Shown here in pieces: positions 1-10,155 of a stretch of 64,000 nucleotides of DNA (position 1 is its first letter; each line of letters opens with the position of its first letter). A model generated the notes under the pieces. That model was not told where the DNA came from. It searched no databases and worked only from the letters and a program-made list of their open reading frames with translations. The position numbers were made by a program, and so were the translations under genes. Origin of the DNA: Paraspadella gotoi (lineage: Eukaryota; Animalia; Chaetognatha); NCBI GenBank assembly GCA_051294375.1, contig CM119271.1:4783579-4847578 (forward strand), in the 5' to 3' direction.

Positions 1-539
1 TCTTTGATGTATTAGAGCTCATACATCGAGAAATACATTATAGTCATCAGTAATCACAAAAAAAATAAGTTTTTATTTATATGTAAACATTCTGTTTTCA
101 ATCATTTTTTTAAATCGGTAAATAACAAAATTGTTAAGTTAAATGGGTAAGCACATTTTTTAAAGATTAGTTTTTCAATCTGATTGTTAAAAAATTCTAG
201 GTAAGAAGTTAAAACACGGTAAGGGATAATTTAGAAGGGGAGAATTAAACAATTAATCTTGTTACTCTGTTGGTTTTCCAGTCATGAACAAAATCTTCAG
301 TTAAATAGATGGTAAAGAAATTTGAGCTACAGTGAATCTATACCGAATTTGAAGAGTTGCAGCCTAAACGACTGCAATAATATTGATTTAAAAATTTGAT
401 TAGCAATCTTAAAAACATTTGTAAAAATGTAATAGAGAGACATTTTGATAAACGCGTTCCAGTTATGTAGAATTCAGGGTTAAAGTTTAAAAATGTTTCA
501 TTTTCAATGATACAAGTTGAAATTTAAAAATGTCTCTAT

Positions 540-1740
540 TACATTTTTCGAATTTATGGTTCCAAGTGGAACCGGGATTCTTCATGGCTCCTCTCCACCA
601 CGCCAATGCTCTTTTGTTCCAGATGTCGTGTGTCCACAAGAAAGACAAAAGAGAAAAGCAGAAGGAGCAGACTCCTCCTCCTCCTCTCCTCCTCTTCCTC
701 CTCTCAGCTCCATCTTCCAGGATGCATCGGAAAGAGAAATCACTCATCCACAAGACCCGCTGAGAGAAACCCCAAGCCGACTCCCGACAATAAAAGCGGA
801 AGAAAGTCTGAGCGCCCGACCAATCTCCAGCACGAAGAATGACGTCCAAGTCCATTCCTTTAGCGAAGGCCTCTGAAACTGCCATAGCGCGAGTGATCCA
901 GGAGGAGCGTCAATGTCCGCATCTCTAAAGACTGACTTGATCAGAGCGGAAAAACGCTGGAGAGACAAAGGTCCATGAGGCGGCGCCGGGGAAGAGAAGA
1001 GAAAATCGTGCTGAGGTCGTAGAACTTGTCTGACGGACAACCAGGAATGCAAGGCCAGGACCGGGCATCGAACAGAACCGGTCAGTCGATCCAAACGAAA
1101 AACAGGGCCAAGATGACGAATCCGATCCGTCTTGGAAAGCCTGGAGGGCACGAAACGTACGTGATCCTCAACCAAAAACATGTGGTCTGGACCACATCGC
1201 AAGGAGACCAATTCAGAAGGTCGCCTGGCGGAAGCCAAAGCAAGAAGAAACGTAGTCTTGCGTAGAATGTCATAAGGTGATAGCGGAAATGGCATCACAT
1301 CAAAAACGCGCAAAACCGCAGCCACACTCCAAGCTGGGTAGATCCGGCGCGAAGGAGGCCGTAGCTGAAAAAACTCCTTTGAGTAGACGGCAAACCAATG
1401 GTGCTGACCGAAAGGAGCACCCTCCACCAAAGGCAAAGTCGCAGAAATCGCCGATCTATGCAAAAAGATGGTGCTATAGGACAATCCGTTGTCACTAAGA
1501 TGGGCGTGATAATCCAGCACACCCTTCACAGAAGCTTGATCTCCTCGAAGGTCCCGACCTTGAAGGAAAGAGACGAAGGACTTCCAAGCCCTTTCGAAAC
1601 GGGAACCAGCGGAGAATCTCCAACTCTTGACAATGAGAGAGAAGGTCGAATTGCTGACGTCTGAGAGTCCGTGCGCCCGCCGATAATCCTCCAGACGACC
1701 AACTTGAGGCGATCTAGGAGCGACGGAATGTCGTCCATCT
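540..1740 (-). mobile_element. Decayed DIRS1-like tyrosine-recombinase retrotransposon fragment (3' part)
   Basis: ORF 744..1529 has an integrase N-terminal-like segment (LSYSTIFLHRSAIS) and the recombinase catalytic Arg motif LALASARRPSEL, plus CPVLAL. The C-terminal DVILRAGDWSGAQTFFRFY (catalytic Tyr) is in another frame (487..885), so the gene is frameshifted. 1526..1738 (LKLVVWRIIG) resembles the tail of the upstream DIRS pol ORF. Ends are approximate. Confidence 0.8.
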
Positions 1741-1894
1741 CCTCTCTATTTTGAAGTTGAATTGAATGACCCTTTTTCTTAATAAATCATTAAAAAACTA
1801 TATCAATCAATCAGCGAATTAATGATTTTATTTGTGAGAGAGAAACTAAAATAATATTCTGACTTTTGTTTTTCCCATTAAAACTCATTTTCAC

Positions 1895-2382
1895 TTGCAC
1901 GATTCCATCGAGACTTTAGAGCTAGCTTAATCACACACCTTTCTACGCACACACAAAATTTTATCTCAATTCATCTATTCAATTCTTAATAAATAAAATA
2001 ATTATGAGTAATTAGAAGTAAAAAAAAATATAAGTGAATGCAACTTTTGTTTTTTCCATTTAAACTGATTTCCTCCAGCACGATTCCATCGATCAATCAG
2101 TTTCCTACCCACGCACAAAATTTCCAGCTCAATCAGTTTCCTACCCACGCACAAAATTTCATTCCAATCCAACCATTCAATAACAAGTAATTGGAGTTTA
2201 ATGCTAATGGGGGACGGACAGACAGACAGACAAACGGACAACATTTTTTAAAAATAATTTATCATAATTTAACGTTCTGAGATCATCTAAGTAACTTACC
2301 GACAATATTTAGGGGTGGGACCGACGGACCGACAAAGTGGATTATAGAGTCGGAATCTGCTGATCAGCAGATCCGACTAAAA
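1895..2382. mobile_element. Non-autonomous Helentron/DINE-1-like repeat remnant
   Basis: Diverged internal duplicates (GCACGATTCCATCGA...ACAAAATTT, ~1897 and ~2077), tandem AATCAGTTTCCTACCCACGCACAAAATTTC x2, GACA/GACC microsatellites (2213-2240, 2319-2334), and a near-perfect terminal palindrome AGTCGGAATCTGCTGATCAGCAGATCCGACT at 2348-2378 followed by an A-run. Confidence 0.5.
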
Positions 2383-2496
2383 ATAATATTTACGTACTTT
2401 CACGTAAAATTCTTTTTTGTTCAAAGAATGCCCAGCAGCTTCTAACAACATCATGATGCAAGATTTAATGTTTAAAGAACTGCCGACGTGAGGAAA

Positions 2497-3099
2497 TCAG
2501 TTAGAACAAGTAGACCGTGCAAACCCGCCATTTTTTTGGATTGCTTCCAAAACGGGTTTCAGCCATTCCTCGTCATGATTTCCTTTAAATCCGTTGTCTT
2601 GTATGCTTTGCAAGTTTTCAATGTAATCCTGGGGCAACCCGTTCTGGCGAGCTCCGGCAACGATGACGCTTTTGTAAAGCAACGACGGTTTTTCAACGTC
2701 AACGCCGTCCACATCAACAAACTCGTCGACCATCTGGTAAGTGCGGCAATTCAGTTTCTCTCCAAAATCGCGAATAGACGGAATAGGCTCCACCGTTTTT
2801 GGAAAGTAAAATTTCAAATGAACAGCCTCTTGTCGATCTAAGGCTTCCATATTGTCGTTGTGAATTTTCCAGACGGTGCCCCAAACCTCTCTTCCTTCAC
2901 TCGGAAAGATTGAGGCTCCATATCCTCCCCACGTGGTCGAAGTTGGTTCACCGCTTTTATGAGCCTTTCCGCCGAAACACAGTTTAAAGTTAGGGAGTTT
3001 AGCAGTCGTGCAGAAGATCGCCGTCGGCGAGTTTATACTTATTCTCTCTCTCAACAGATTGCTGCCATAAGCAAAATAATAAAAATAATCTCCAGGCAT
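2497..3099 (-). CDS. GGCT: Gamma-glutamylcyclotransferase (single exon)
   Basis: YFAYGSNL motif, W-G-G..ASI, VWGTVW, LDRQE catalytic Glu, and the PSxxYxxVIVAGAxQNGLPxDY tail. ATG at 3099. Confidence 0.92.
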   Translation of the reverse strand: MPGDYFYYFAYGSNLLRERISINSPTAIFCTTAKLPNFKLCFGGKAHKSGEPTSTTWGGYGASIFPSEGREVWGTVWKIHNDNMEALDRQEAVHLKFYFPKTVEPIPSIRDFGEKLNCRTYQMVDEFVDVDGVDVEKPSLLYKSVIVAGARQNGLPQDYIENLQSIQDNGFKGNHDEEWLKPVLEAIQKNGGFARSTCSN

Positions 3100-3126
3100 T
3101 TTATCTCCAATGTGTTTTTTTTCTTC

Positions 3127-3150
3127 CTGAAAAAACAAAACGCTTTTAAT
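3127..3150 (-). promoter_or_regulatory. ATTAAA poly(A)-like signal and unpaired TTTTTCAG acceptor between MRPL16 and GGCT (candidate trans-splice site)
   Basis: The minus strand reads ATTAAA (3150-3145), then AGCGTTTTGTTTTTTCAG (AG at 3128-3127), then 27 nt to the GGCT ATG. There is no upstream exon of the same gene. Confidence 0.6.
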
Positions 3151-3181
3151 GAGAAAACGGCTTCAGTAACAGGAATAAACA

Positions 3182-4066
3182 TCAAGCATATTTCAATCCC
3201 CAAACGAAATCGTAATAATTCATATATTTCCAACAACCCATCATGTTGTACTTAAGACAGTAGTCTGCCGTGAACGGGTTTATATTGGCTTCCTCCAGAA
3301 TAACCTCCCTCTCCGCATTGGCGATCATCTTCTCGTGGGTGACGGCCTCGGCGTCGAAGGGCAATACGTGGGCGATATGGTTGAGCGCCCTCGCCACTTC
3401 CTCGAAGGTGCAATAACCGCCAACCTCGAGAATCACGCGTCCGGCCTTTACCGGCGTTCGGTAGTGATCGATGGATCCTTTTCCACCGCCTTTTCGCTGT
3501 CCGACTGGCCTTTTTGCCCACGATTGATGAAGCGGATCGACGCGGTACTGGGCGAAGACTCGTTTGAAATCGAGTTGCCGGTTCGTCACCTCCCGCATCA
3601 TCTCAAAGTGTTCGTGACGAAGGTAGCCACCTTGCTTGGCCACGACGCCGAATTGCTGATGAATGAGTTTGTTGTGAACGAGCTCGGGACCGCGAATCTT
3701 AATGAGGTCGCGTTTATGCTTGGGCTGCTTGCCCGGTCGGTGCCACTCGGTGTAGGTTGGTATCTTGGGATACTCTGGCAAGCGACGGGCCTCGAGCGCG
3801 TCCGACTTGCCGTGAGTTACTTCGGGGAATTCGACGTCTTTGAAGAGATCGGGATGAGGAGGATCTTGAGAGAATCGCTTGATCCCGTGCTTGCCCCGCA
3901 CTTGTGAGAAGCAGGGGATAATGGATAATGTGGACAGGACGGGAAATTGGAGAACGACGGAGGTCGAGGGAAGAATCGTTGACGTCGCCGTCGCGACGAG
4001 GGGGCGAAGTCCAAGGGAGGACAGGCCTGACCGGCCGCCCATAATGCAAAATCTACACACCGACAT
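3182..4066 (-). CDS. MRPL16: Mitochondrial ribosomal protein L16 (uL16m), single exon
   Basis: RGPELVHNKL, GGYLRHEHFEMMR, GQRKGGGKGSIDHYRTPVKAGRVILEVGG. Basic N-terminal presequence. Confidence 0.95.
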   Translation of the reverse strand: MSVCRFCIMGGRSGLSSLGLRPLVATATSTILPSTSVVLQFPVLSTLSIIPCFSQVRGKHGIKRFSQDPPHPDLFKDVEFPEVTHGKSDALEARRLPEYPKIPTYTEWHRPGKQPKHKRDLIKIRGPELVHNKLIHQQFGVVAKQGGYLRHEHFEMMREVTNRQLDFKRVFAQYRVDPLHQSWAKRPVGQRKGGGKGSIDHYRTPVKAGRVILEVGGYCTFEEVARALNHIAHVLPFDAEAVTHEKMIANAEREVILEEANINPFTADYCLKYNMMGCWKYMNYYDFVWGLKYA

Positions 4067-4992
4067 ATTTGTTTGTTAGTTTTCTACTGAGATGAGGAAT
4101 GAAAAAAGAATGTTTGTATAAATACGAATATCCAACCAAATTATTATATTAAAATTAATATAAAAACTACGGATTCCAAATAGGTAAATTAGGAAAAAAT
4201 AAAAATTCAAATGGCGTGGTCAAATTGGTCATGCATTAAGATAATGTTCCCAAACAGAGAGACGCACAAGGCAAAAAGTGCCTTGCGGGACTCAATTCTC
4301 TAACGCAGCTACGACAAAAAAATTAGAACTTCGCTTACTGGGTGTTGAAAATGACATTTAATAAAATATTTCAAGTTAACTACCGCTTGCCATAGTAAAG
4401 TAATAACATTAAGAAGTTATTAAACTAGCCAGGCTTTGTTAGAAACTCCTTACCCTATTCTGGTAAAAAGGGGCTTCGCAATCGCATGAGCAGGAAAGAT
4501 AACAAATGAGGAAAGCTAACTCGCGACGTAAACTTTTTGGGCATGTCCCGAATCGAAATCAGTATAAAATCATAACTTTTTAATAAAAATTAAAAGCGTA
4601 ATTTCAGAATTTTTTTTCGCATTCAGTTTTCTTGATTGATTTGGACCTCTGACGCCCGTTCGATTACATCTTCTGAGCGCAATGACGGTACTCTTTAGTA
4701 CTCTTTACCAGAATGCACATTGCACAATAATATATATTAAAAAAAGCGTTAAACTAAAAATACCGATAAAAAAAAAGCCCAACATCAAATGTAAAATGGT
4801 ATATAAATGTATAAAATTTCAATAAAAAATAAACTTGAGATTCTGTCTCAGTTTAGTGAAGTGAGCAATTCCCAAATAATACTAAATGCTTCCGGTTACT
4901 CGGAAAATACGGTATGTTCGAGATTCAAAGGCAGATCTCATCGGTTTACAATCGCGTTTTGCATTCATCTCGCCCTTTGAACCCGTAATAAA

Positions 4993-5894
4993 TCAGTGTC
5001 GGTCTTTCCGCCGCCAAAAGAAGACCTCCCACTCGACGTCGCCGTCGCGTTGCATTCCCTGCGGAACAGAAGCGTCGGGGACAATCTCGAACCGATCTTC
5101 GTCGATGGGCGGAAAGAAGAGGTCGCACTCGTAGCGGGCGTAAATCTAAGTTCATAACGGCATTGTCACATGAAAAGTGATTAAAAAACTCATTAAATAT
5201 GTAAAATATTATATAAATTATGCGCAAAAGCGTTACAAGATCTTATATTAAAGAATATTATACAAAATAGATGTAAAGGTTAAAAAAAAAATACAAATCA
5301 CACACCTGGCTTTGACAGATTCCAGAACACCAGGGATGTAACAACGCTTCTTCAAAAATATTTCTTCCCCCGAGAACCCAGACCTTTTCAATGGAATCCC
5401 GTAGAGGCGGAGTCGAAACGAGAGTCATCGCCTCGTCGAAGCTCCGCGCCAAAATCGCTCCTACGTACAAATCGTGTTAATCGTACAATCGTGTTAATCG
5501 CGTTTCATTCCTTCCACCTCATTGCTTCTTGTCATCAACCTATAATCAATTCGCCAAAGGACACACACCTTCGGGCGCGCTTTTCATGCTTCGGCTGAGG
5601 ATGATGTTGATTCGATCCGGCAAAGGGCGGACGAGCTCCTCGTGACTAATTCTCCCGTAAATGACGACGTTGCTTTTGTTCGGATCCTCGGTCGCTGTCG
5701 TCATGTGCATGTAATGATCAAACTCGCTGGAAAAGTTTTGTATTTGTTCCTCTTCATTGAAAGTGCTACTGATCATATAATCCATCGAAGCCAATCTCTC
5801 ACTTCTTAAGGTTCCACGGGAGGACGCCTCTATTTCCCATTCCTCCGCCCTCGCAGACCGCCACCATGAGGTTAAATAATTTGGGGTCGCCCAT
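4993..5894 (-). CDS. DHFR: Dihydrofolate reductase, 4 exons (5894-5803, 5726-5569, 5460-5306, 5145-4993)
   Basis: Spliced product reads MGDPKLFNLMVAVCEGGGMGNRGVLPWNLKNEFDHY...NVVIYGR...RPLPDRINIILSR...VWVLGG...YECDLFFP. The GT-AG introns keep the frame. Confidence 0.9.
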
Positions 5895-6175
5895 AGTCGC
5901 TGGTGCCAGGTCGAACTCAAAAGGTCGAGAGGTCTCGAAGGACGGAGAAGGAGCCTAATAATAATAGAGCACAACAAATAAAAATCAACAATCCCGCCAC
6001 AATTTCTTTTTAATACGAAATTATCATCATAAATCACCAAGCAAGGATAATGTATAATAATAATAATATAAAAAGGTAAAATAATATCGCGAAAACAAAT
6101 AAAAAAACGAAAAAAAAAAAATTAAAACACATGTGATGTAAACTTTATATTAAAAATAAGGGCCTCCCTCCTGAA

Positions 6176-7929
6176 TTACGGAATAACAGAATTATCATGT
6201 CCTTCCTCCTCCCAACGCTTAAAAAGCCTGACGGCGACGTCCATAATCTCCTTCTCACTAAATTCAGACCTCGTCCTCATCAACTCTCTCGTCGCCATCC
6301 CTTCGTACTTCGACAACCTCCACGCGTCTCGCCAAACTCGCGCCGATTCTCTCTCCTCCTCTTCCGCCAGCGCCGATCGGGGTTCGGGACATCCGTAGTG
6401 ACTAAGATCGGCGACTCGAGTCTCCCTCCGCTCCTGGTGCAGCTGGTCGCAGAGAAAACACTCGAACGCGGCAACGAAAGAGTCGCGGGCGTCAACGTCG
6501 TGGCCGACGAGCCACTGGCGTCGTTCGAGGGCCTCCGTCAATCTTAGGTTTGCGATGCTCCCGCGGATCTTATGGGACAGGAACGATTCGTAGGCCGCGT
6601 CGTCGGCGTCGATGGCCTTCAAACGCGCCGCGAGATCCCGCGGATTCGGAAAGTCGGAGATAAAGACGACGCTGCGCTCGGCATCCGGAAGCCAGGACGA
6701 GGCGGACGCCTTGGAGGCGCCGAGGTAAACAGGAACCGACCCAACTCGGAGGGGGCGCCAGAGTTTCTCGGTCATGTAATCGTCGCAGAGGGCGTTTTCC
6801 ATTGAGAGAACGAATTTATATTTGGCTGAAAAAAAAAAAAAGACGAACGAATAACACCGTTTATGATCGTTTCCATTATCTTTATTATAGAAAACCCACC
6901 AGTAAGCGCGAGAAAGTCTGGGTGTGACATTCCCTCCACGGGGTCAGCCAGATGCTGGGGCAGTTGCTTGTTATTGAGGCAGGCGCCGTAAGAATCGACA
7001 TCGATGAAGCGCATGAGTTGCTCGACGAAGGCGTCGCGGTCGGACGGCGCCTCGCACGAGCTCTGCACGTACATAACAGGAGCGAATCCACGTTTCCGAA
7101 ATTCGTTCTTCCTTGTGAAAAGAAAAAACCAAGCAGTGAAACAGATTTTCGAGAAAATAAAAAAACCAAGGAGAGAAACAGATTTTCACCATAATACCAA
7201 ATTCCATGAAAGGAATCAAATCTATTTTTCCTTACTGAAGGGTTGTATGGAAATATTCGGTGGAAACGAGATCGTCCAAATTGATGACGTATTGAGTTGT
7301 GAGTGGAAAATCGCTGGTGCTTTTAAAAGTCGACGTAAAATTGAAAAGTTCCATGATCTCGAGATGAGAAAAGAGAAAACTGTTTTTAGGAGACTCCTCG
7401 TGAAGGAGCGCCCAAAGTTCACGAGTATGTCTGTAAAAATAAGGGAATGTTCTAAAATTTAACTAATAAAGGAAGAAGCGAAAATTAGATTGTATTTAAA
7501 ATACCGGGGCAAAGGAAGATCGTGGGTTTGGAAATCGGTTCCGTAGAAAAGGTAAACGATCAGATCTCGATCAACCGTCTCTCTGATGGACCTGTCCTGA
7601 ACGGTTTTTTTTTATATTTAGCTGGCACATCTACGAACTAATCAAAACGGACGTCTCACCTCAGTGAAGAAACACTCCCCCGCCCCACAGCTTCGATTGG
7701 CACCGACTTCTCCTGTGAATGGCGTCCACCAGAGGACGACGGGATTGCCGCCTGGATCACGAAGACGACGCCTCGCGATCGGCCGATTATTAGACGTCCA
7801 GTCTTCAGAGTTCATCAACATCAACCGGGCGCCATATAACATCGACGCCACGATTAGCAATAACGACAGTGCCATCGATCGACGCATACAGACGCCGATC
7901 CGAGAGAGAGAGTTGGCGGATATTGTCAT
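6176..7929 (-). CDS. GT10 fucosyltransferase, FUT10/FUT11 type, 5 exons (7929-7660, 7596-7505, 7430-7236, 7111-6900, 6825-6176)
   Basis: Type II transmembrane anchor, VLWWTPFTG, LFYGTDF..DLPLPR, WALLHEESPKN, VDSYGACLNN, YKFVLSMENALCDDYMTEKLWRPL, FECFLC. The start codon could be a slightly more downstream Met. Confidence 0.9.
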
Positions 7930-7963
7930 CTTGTTTCTTTTTATCAAAATAAAATAAATAAGA

Positions 7964-9898
7964 TCACAGGGAAGGCTTTCTACCGTGCAAGATGACTCGC
8001 GCGCACAACTGGTTCATGTCAAATTCTTTAAGGTGTTCGAAGTCTCTTGAACCAACGTGGATCTTTTTCCGCGATGGCACCGAATCGTTGGTTACGCTGG
8101 GTGATGATATCGAAGACGTAACAGGCGTTTCCTCCGACGCGTTCTGTCTCTCTTTTTGCTTTGTCGCGTGCTCCCCCAATTCGTAAACCATCAAGCTGTT
8201 TGTGTCATCGATTCCGACTTCCACGAACCCGATCCGGTCTAGCATTGGCTTCGCCTCTCTCAGCGGCATGAATACTCTCATGCAAACCGGCCACCGTACT
8301 CCTGGCTCTAGATCCCTTAGCAACGTGGTGCAGGCGATCGAAAAGCGCCCGCCAGGTCTCAGGACGCGAAACACCTCGCGAAACGCCTTCTCTTTGTCGG
8401 GGGCCAGGCAAAATGCACCATTAGAGATGACGACGTCTACCGAAGCGTCTTCCAACGGGACGGCCTCCATGTCTGCATTGAGAAAGACGACGCGGTCGTC
8501 GAGACCTCGCGCCGCCGCTCGTTTCGTCGCGTGCATTACTTCCCCCTTTGAGATATCCAGACCGGTGACGCGGCCGGCCTGGCCGGATCGCGCGGCGGCG
8601 ATGAAGGAGTCGACGCCCAAACCGCTGCCGAGATCTAAGACGTGATCCCCGAGGGTGACGGCAGCGTGCTTGTGGGGGTTACCAACGCCTTGGTAGTTGA
8701 AGGCGTCGGCACCGGCTATCTCTATATCCTCGTCCGAGTAGTCGAGGTATTTCAAGATGCTTTCGGCGAGAGCGGCGTCGCCGCGAAGGTGCGCCGTCTC
8801 AGAGACACGGTCATAGGCTTCGGCGATTTCCGACTTGACGTCGTTGGCGTGGTTTACGGCGCCACCATGCACCGCCGAAGAGTCGACACAGTTTTCGGGC
8901 AAAACTGTTTCATCATCATCGTCGTCGTAAAAGAAAAGAATATCGGCGGGGAACTGGTTGGTGAAACTCGGGACCTTTTCGAACGATTCGCTGGATAAAG
9001 AAGCCTCCTTTTTGTCGAGATCGTTGTTCCAGTCAATTTCGTAACGGGAAACGCTCCGAGAGGAAATGATACACGTGCGCTCCTTCGCAACACAATCAGC
9101 AACATCGACGCGCTCCGGCACGCCGAAACGGTACTCGCAGTGACCGGCTCCGCATATGACGAGGAACTTGTCGTCGGGCGACGAAGAAGCTCGGAGTGCG
9201 CTAACGATCACGCGCGCCATGGCGGCGTCCTTAAGCACTTGGGCCGGAAATATGCGACGAAATTGATCGGAAGGGGCAAGGGACAAGTCACGGCCTGAGA
9301 TGAGGCTCTCGAAGAAGCGGTAGTGATCGGGAGATCCGGGAAGAAAATTCTCGGTCCGATCAATGTAGCCGTCCTTCATGGCGGCTTCCAATCCTTCGGC
9401 CTCGCCCTCTGCCACCATCCTTTTAGCGTAGGATCGTGGAATGAACCCGGCCTTGAGTGAAACAACGTCGTTGTTGCTTCGCGCATAACGCAAGAGATTC
9501 GAGTAAGGAACGAGATCGTGCCCTTCCTCGCCAGTCTCACTGTAATCGGAGAAAAAAGTCTCCAACGACATAGCATCCGCTCCGTCCTCGCTCGACATGA
9601 ACTTGTCAACGAGCAATTGATGACGCGGACCCGCGAAGTGCTCCATGATGAGAACTACCTTGGCCCGGCGCGCCTTAGCTTCGTGAACGAGGAGATCGAG
9701 AACACATTCCTGGAAACGGACGATGCCGGGGACGCCGTGGATTTCGCCCAAATAGACGACCCTTTTGGAGCGGAGGACATCGGCTACGAAGTCGACGGAT
9801 ACGCGAGTTCCTAAGGCAGGGCTGACGAAGCGACAGTCACGGCGCTGGCTGCAGTGTTTCAGCAGTAACGGCGTCAGATACTTGACGGCCTTCTCCAT
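7964..9898 (-). CDS. Intronless 644-aa fusion: ChaN/DUF399-like domain plus ArsM/AS3MT-like class I SAM methyltransferase
   Basis: N-terminal half: VVYLGEIH, LIMEHF, QVLKDAAMA, ICGAGHCEYRFGVPER. C-terminal half: GVGNP, VLDLGSGLGVD, GLDIS, SVDVVISNG, PDKEKAFREVFRVLRPGGRF. Confidence 0.8.
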   Translation of the reverse strand: MEKAVKYLTPLLLKHCSQRRDCRFVSPALGTRVSVDFVADVLRSKRVVYLGEIHGVPGIVRFQECVLDLLVHEAKARRAKVVLIMEHFAGPRHQLLVDKFMSSEDGADAMSLETFFSDYSETGEEGHDLVPYSNLLRYARSNNDVVSLKAGFIPRSYAKRMVAEGEAEGLEAAMKDGYIDRTENFLPGSPDHYRFFESLISGRDLSLAPSDQFRRIFPAQVLKDAAMARVIVSALRASSSPDDKFLVICGAGHCEYRFGVPERVDVADCVAKERTCIISSRSVSRYEIDWNNDLDKKEASLSSESFEKVPSFTNQFPADILFFYDDDDDETVLPENCVDSSAVHGGAVNHANDVKSEIAEAYDRVSETAHLRGDAALAESILKYLDYSDEDIEIAGADAFNYQGVGNPHKHAAVTLGDHVLDLGSGLGVDSFIAAARSGQAGRVTGLDISKGEVMHATKRAAARGLDDRVVFLNADMEAVPLEDASVDVVISNGAFCLAPDKEKAFREVFRVLRPGGRFSIACTTLLRDLEPGVRWPVCMRVFMPLREAKPMLDRIGFVEVGIDDTNSLMVYELGEHATKQKERQNASEETPVTSSISSPSVTNDSVPSRKKIHVGSRDFEHLKEFDMNQLCARVILHGRKPSL

Positions 9899-10155
9899 GG
9901 CGCCTTACGCTTCGTCGAGGGTTTTCGAGGGCTTCTTCTGTTTCTAAGGCTTACTCCATCTAAAAAATACAAATAGTTGTAAACAACGATTCTTGTAACA
10001 ATTAAATAAAAACTTAACAACTCAACAATTTTTTTTTGTAACAAAGATAAACGCAATTTTGTTTATAATTTATTGGGCGCGTGCACCCAAGTGTGAGAAA
10101 GAAATCTGAAGGAAAAAGAAGTTAAAAAGAAGTAGAAACAGTGATAAAGTATTTT

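Noticed and set aside
744-1529. Phage integrase or prophage
   Set aside because: The motif style and upstream pol tail fit a DIRS retrotransposon. No phage genes are present.
4255-4345. Possible SL RNA or snRNA on the minus strand (CA/GTAAG, AATTTTTTTG, and a CAAGGCA-TGCCTTG hairpin)
   Set aside because: The donor context is weak, the Sm-like tract is expected by chance in AT-rich DNA, it is single copy, and it matches no leader I recognise.
7964-9898. Bacterial contamination or chimeric assembly as the source of the fusion gene
   Set aside because: It is flanked within 34 and 257 nt by intron-containing animal genes and has similar GC-rich coding style and a host-type acceptor. Read-level confirmation is still advisable.
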